64,000 bases of DNA from Phallusia mammillata. Its lineage: Eukaryota. The translations under genes were made by a program, and so were the position numbers. Under the pieces are notes generated by a model. The model was not told where the DNA came from. It searched no databases and worked only from the letters and a program-made list of their open reading frames with translations. How positions within the stretch are numbered: the first letter of the stretch is position 1; each line of letters opens with the position of its first letter. The stretch covers positions 9,858,001 to 9,922,000 of the forward strand of contig OZ281499.1 of assembly GCA_965637545.1 (NCBI GenBank), in the 5' to 3' direction. Below, one piece after another: positions 58,767-64,000 of this stretch.

Positions 58767-61700
58767 CTAAGACAAACCACAAATAAATTCCAGTTACACT
58801 TTTAGATTCATCATGTTAGTACAGTGGTTATCAAACTGTGGTACATGCAGGGTTTTTTTAAGGTTTGGTTTGGGTGACCGCTAAGTAGTTTTAAGAGACC
58901 TCAAGTGTTTCATTTAAATACCAAAAAATAGCCATATTTGCTTAAACAAATTATTTATTAGGCTACTGGCAATTTTGGGAAACCGCTGGAGAAATTTGGG
59001 GGACCGTTTCGGTCTATACTTATTTCAAGCCATATCAAGAATTGATGCTTAACTGACTCAACTGATCACCCCTGATTTTTTTGCAGAATCAATGTCTAGG
59101 AAGCTTATAGGGAATGCTAATATGCTGGTTTCATAAATTAGCTAGTGTAGGTGGTATACAGCGATAACAAACGTCGCCAGGTACGAAATCAGTATATGTT
59201 TAAAAACCATTACGTTAAAAGAATGGAACTCTCAAAAAGTGGTGAAATTTTTGCGTTTTTATGATGTCGCTTACTGGAAAAGGCAGTTACGAACGTTATT
59301 GTCCGACAAACTTGGTGAAAAGCAAATTTTTCATTTGCCTGGATATATTAAGTTTGGTTTCACAATACGGTCCTGTAGAAATGTTTGTAGTGGATGTGAT
59401 GTGGAAACTAATTTGCTACAAATTAAATAACAAATTTTTCAATATGACAAATAAAATTAATTATCGCTTGAGACAAAAAAGGATCAACTTTCCATTACAG
59501 CTAAAAAGCAAATTCCATTAGTTAAAGATCGAGTACTTTTCTAAACGTTGATATCGATTGTAAAGCACTTTTTACCTAAAAAGTCGCCCGAACGCTTTAA
59601 AAACTGAATAATTTACAAGAAATTGATACATCTGACAGGAAGCTTCAAATAAAGAGGCCGAAATCAGAAGACAGCGATTTAAAATGTAAAAAAGTCTGAT
59701 GAATTTAATTTGTTTTCGCATGATAAATCACGAATATGGAATTTTTTGCTGATTAATGTTACGAGCATGAATATGACGTGACAAATCCAAGCCTTTTGTT
59801 ACCCAAAAAACACGTTGATTGGCATGTCGGCATTCTCGCTGTTGTGATAAATATTTCATGGGGCCTTCGTCACTATTACTACAAGCCAGTGTCTGCACCA
59901 ATGACTTTCAGTATCACTGTAAACATTGAATCCCAGTACAAAACCTTTTGTTGTATACCTCTATTAGGAAACTATATTTTTAGGCTACATATTTTTTTGT
60001 GGTGTGGTCAACAAAACAGAACTACGAGTTCAACATTTTTAAGGCGACGAGTATCTAACTTTAAATGGCTTAAAACTTAAATGGAATTTACACGCTTTTG
60101 TACGTAATGGACCTAAAAAAGACACATCATGTATTAGGCCTACACGGTGATAGTTGAACAGACTAATACTTAAATAAACGGGATAATAGTATGCATGAAT
60201 ACCAAAGGGTTCCATTTGGCAATGCTTTTGTTTTCAATGCCATTTTGCCCTTTTCGGGTGCAAACTTCTGTTGCCGTGGGCACATGACCGAAACTACAGT
60301 CATGAGTGCGTGATCGGGCTTGCTATACGTCAGTCATTATTCTACCACGTTTTCTTGGCGTCTATTAGTCTTCTACCCCAATAAAGCGCACGACTTCCGA
60401 AAATAAACCAGTGTACAAAACCAATGCTATATGTCAGTACTGACAGTCACAACATTTTTGAGGAGAATTTGTTCAATTGTTTAGAATTGAAAATATTTTC
60501 CAAGTAACAAAATCACTTGATAAATTTACATAGAACATATATATTTTGCCCAACTAGCATCTTAAGTTCCCATAAACCGCAGGATAAAACAAACTAAACG
60601 ATGAATAGTGTAATTAGTAATTAAATCATAACAGTAATGCAGACACCAGTTTCGGCAACCAGAAATCCCTTTAATACACATCGCATAGTACCATTGGCAA
60701 ACGAAAACTCAACTAAAACGAATTAGCTATTATAAGGTGAAGATATTCTGCACAAACATGCTTTTGAATACCCAAACAAGCACTAAATACACTGCCTACG
60801 TAATTCAGTCTACCAACACAACTGTGCTGTGCTTTTAAATTAAAAAACTGTGCTTTATTGATTTGATCATCGATTTAGCATTAATGATGCCAAACAATCC
60901 CCCAATCATGAACCATATTTTCTATTTACCGTTTTCTAAACCTGTTAGCAAAGCAAGCAAGTCAGTCAGGGTAATGCAGCTTGTCCAGGATTTCCTGTAT
61001 AAATGCTACAAGCAAGCACATAACAATTGACAACTCTAGCAGCTCGTATGAGTGAATGTTGTTTCAGCAGGTCAGACTGCGGTTTTGCTAGCTTTCGTTT
61101 TCGCCAATTTTAAAGCAAATACCAATTGTAACATTTTGCACTCGACAGACAGCATTTATATACTGGTTGATTAATTATATAACCTCTGATTAACTGCTTG
61201 TAAACCAATGCGGTATACCACGCCCCGAGGCAAAACAACGCACGCGTCTCACTCTCCACTCTACACTTCTGGCGTTGTAAATTGGATTGAACGCATCGAA
61301 AAGAAAAAAAAGGGGAGTTGTTGCGTGTGTGTGACGTCATAAGTCTGGATGTTTTGCTTTGTCGTGAACAGTCGCGTTGAATTTCTTTTTCTGAGCACTC
61401 GTGCCTTACGAAAGCGCCAGAATAACGATCACCTGTTTACATGCTTTTATACTTTATCCGTGCTTCAAACAATGGATTTATGAAAATGCTTTCAGAGTTT
61501 TGCGATAAACATAGTTTTCATTTCGGCATGGACGTAATAAAATGTGTTGCAATTTCATTAGTCATAACGTTCTGTCATGAACACATTTGCCAAGTTTTTT
61601 AAACAGTCGCAAATAGAAATCTCTTTAATAGCTATGCTAATTTACACACTCACAATAATGATCATTTAGTAATCTAAAGCATGTGACACACATTCTGACA

Positions 61701-62312
61701 GTTTGCACATGAAGACCAAAACGATTGGTTATTATTTTAAACCAATGCAAAACCAAGCCTAAACCAACTTATAAAATATTTTCTCTTGGGGACTGACCGT
61801 TAAATAGGCTATCTGACGAAAACGCCCCAACACAGGCATTTATATCATGTGTGCTGGGCGGCTAGACACATAAAATTTTCCACAAAATTTTCCATAAAAT
61901 GTTTCGTGTGACGCAGAATCACGTGAAATCTCGAAAGGTATCTTCACAAACCTGATTTCATGAAAAAAACATAAAAATTCTACTCGGTTTTAGATCAGAA
62001 ATAAACACAAAAGTGAAAATTGTTTACCTTTTCTCATAAGTATTGTTTTGCTTTCAAACCTACACAGATACAATTAGTCGCTTAAAAAGTAGTGACCTAT
62101 TTACCCCGAAATCGATGCTATATGTCCTATTGTTGACCGGGATCGTTATAAGCTACAAGTTAAATAGCAAACCGGCGTTTAAAGTTACAATTCTGACGGT
62201 ATATTGCTGTACCACGTCAGTTTCGCTCTTATGTTTTAAGGGAAAACTTGATATTCAAGTGCGTGATGATTTGACAAAGAAATTCTTTTTGAAAATTTTT
62301 CCACTTACTAAA

Positions 62313-63504
62313 CAGGGGTGTCCAACCTCTTTGGCCAAAAGGCCACATGCGGTTTACGAATGATTGCGCGGGCCACTTGAGTGTTTACTGCTAATTTGTA
62401 ATCTTAAAATGGCTGTCCACATGCATGTCCACTTTTCTTAGTATATTCTGTTAGCGTTACTTGCTTTTCGTTTCTTATTTGGCATAATCTATATAGCTGC
62501 AGAGTGCGTAAGATATTTCACTGCTGAATGCGTTTTGTGCGATTGTTTGATATCAGATGTACAACAATGAAGCAAGAAGTATTAACTAGTGATGTACCGA
62601 ATCGGCTAAATTTCGATTCGGTCGAAACCGAATATTCGGCGGTTTTGCCGAATAAATTCGGCCGAATCAACCGAATCATTTATGACGTCACGCGAAGTCG
62701 TACGCTACGCGGTTGACATGATAAAATGTTTATCTACCAGGCAACTAGTACAGAATAGTTGTGTTTCGTCCTCATTTTTGTTCTGTGGGGTTTATAATTG
62801 CCTCGAGCATGATTGGCAATCTGCCAATGAATCACAAATTTTTTTGACTACAGTGAGAAAAACAATAATGTGTTGGAAAAGATAAAAAATGACGCGATTT
62901 TCGTTATGTTTGGGCTTTTGAAAGATTATGTGGTACCTTAATAAGCAAAAAAGACACGTTTAACGCTTTGAATTTGTGTTCGGAAAAGATTCGGTTTCGG
63001 CCGAATCGCAACAAATTATTCGGCCGAAACCGAATCTTTGCAAAAATGACCGATTCGGCCGAATAAATTCGGCAAACCGAATATTCGGTACATCTCTAGT
63101 ATTAACTGACTCTTGAAGCAATAGTAAGATTGTGGACGTAACAATGCAGAAATTGTGATGTGAACAATGTGCATTGTGAAGCAATAGAAGTAACTTGAAC
63201 AGTTGAGTATTACCCTATTAACAAAGAAATAAAGCAAACAATAAATGCCAATCCTCGAAAGATCGCCATAAATTGGGCAGGCGTTAAATTTTATTTTATT
63301 TACTTTTTTGACTCTACCGGGGACGAATCCCGATCAGGGTTTTTTATGTCTGAATATGGGTCAGGCGCGCCGGATCATTCGGCCAAGTTCCTGCCCTGGC
63401 GTTAAAGTTCATGATATAAGTCATTTCGAAAAATACCGCGCGGACCACTCAGAACCTTCCTGCGGGCCACATGTCGCCCGCGGGCCACGGGTTGGTCACC
63501 CCAG
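62313..63504. mobile_element. hAT (Charlie-type) element hosting a nested MITE
   Basis: CAGGGGTGTCCAACC / GGTTGGTCACCCCAG; imperfect TSD sharing TACTAA. Confidence 0.78.
62587..63098. mobile_element. Nested hAT (Ac-type) MITE, copy 2
   Basis: TAGTGATGTACCGAAT / ATTCGGTACATCTCTA; perfect TSD GTATTAAC; near-identical to 47867-48371. Confidence 0.92.
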
Positions 63505-64000
63505 TACTAAGACTAAACAATAACATTGCCTCACCGTTTTAAGACATGACGTTTTTAAGTGTATAAAACGTTTTTAACCGAAGCTTATGCTTTGCTGAAA
63601 TATTCAGCTTGGACCGCGAATGTATCCAGCCTCGCTAAAGTACTTAACTAGTTCTCTTTGCTAATAACCCGTTTGCCTCCTAAGTATGTTAACCATTTTA
63701 TACACTGACCCCGTATTGGTTCAAATTTGGACAAAGAAAAGGCTTTGTAATGTGCCAATTGCCTATATGTGATTGCTCAACTAAGTTAGTTATAAATGAT
63801 TTCAGCGAAAAAATTAAAACTTTAAATTTATTGCAGTATGTAATAACAAACGCAGATCAATAGACTTTACCTACACTTTGTCTTGATTGATCTACGATTG
63901 TGTTCAAGTGGTTCTTCATAAGCCTACATTTGCAATGACGGACTTTTGTTGTAGCTGGGTCAAAGTTAAATAAGCTGTTGTTGCCAGGCAAATTGTATCA

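Noticed and set aside
59778-61340. ORFs at 59778-60080 (+) and 61110-61340 (-)
   Set aside because: No recognisable domain and no consistent exon chain; the region looks like upstream regulatory or intergenic DNA.

Overview
AT-rich, intron-dense animal genomic DNA. It is probably from an ascidian or other tunicate; this is inferred from gene content and intron size, not proven. All gene models were spliced by hand using GT-AG sites and phase continuity. (1) 1-23.2 kb holds three paralogous RIPK-like, non-RD kinase genes: a DFG>TFG pseudokinase on the minus strand; head-to-head with it, a copy that lost its kinase exons but keeps an open spliced frame (about 557 aa); and an intact kinase-linker-TPR-like gene (about 936 aa). 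(2) 23.5-29.9 kb holds an intronless 7TM receptor gene with one in-frame stop, a CDS-less copy of its flanks, and LINE remnants. (3) 30.1-39.6 kb holds a 15-exon gene (about 693 aa) with inverted receptor topology: N-terminal pseudokinase, one TM helix, then three Sushi/CCP domains, an EGF-like motif and a Cys-rich tail. This is the most unusual gene in the window. (4) 41.8-54.0 kb holds three tandem HNK-1-family carbohydrate sulfotransferase genes, one disrupted. (5) 56.5-58.8 kb holds a small signal peptide/RGG/hydrophobic/GPI protein with a Shadoo/prion-like layout. The window also has about 15 hAT MITEs with TSDs (three nested), a tRNA-derived SINE, and four minimal type I hammerhead motifs of the Penelope-element type, including a U3-A8 covariant pair inside a foldback.
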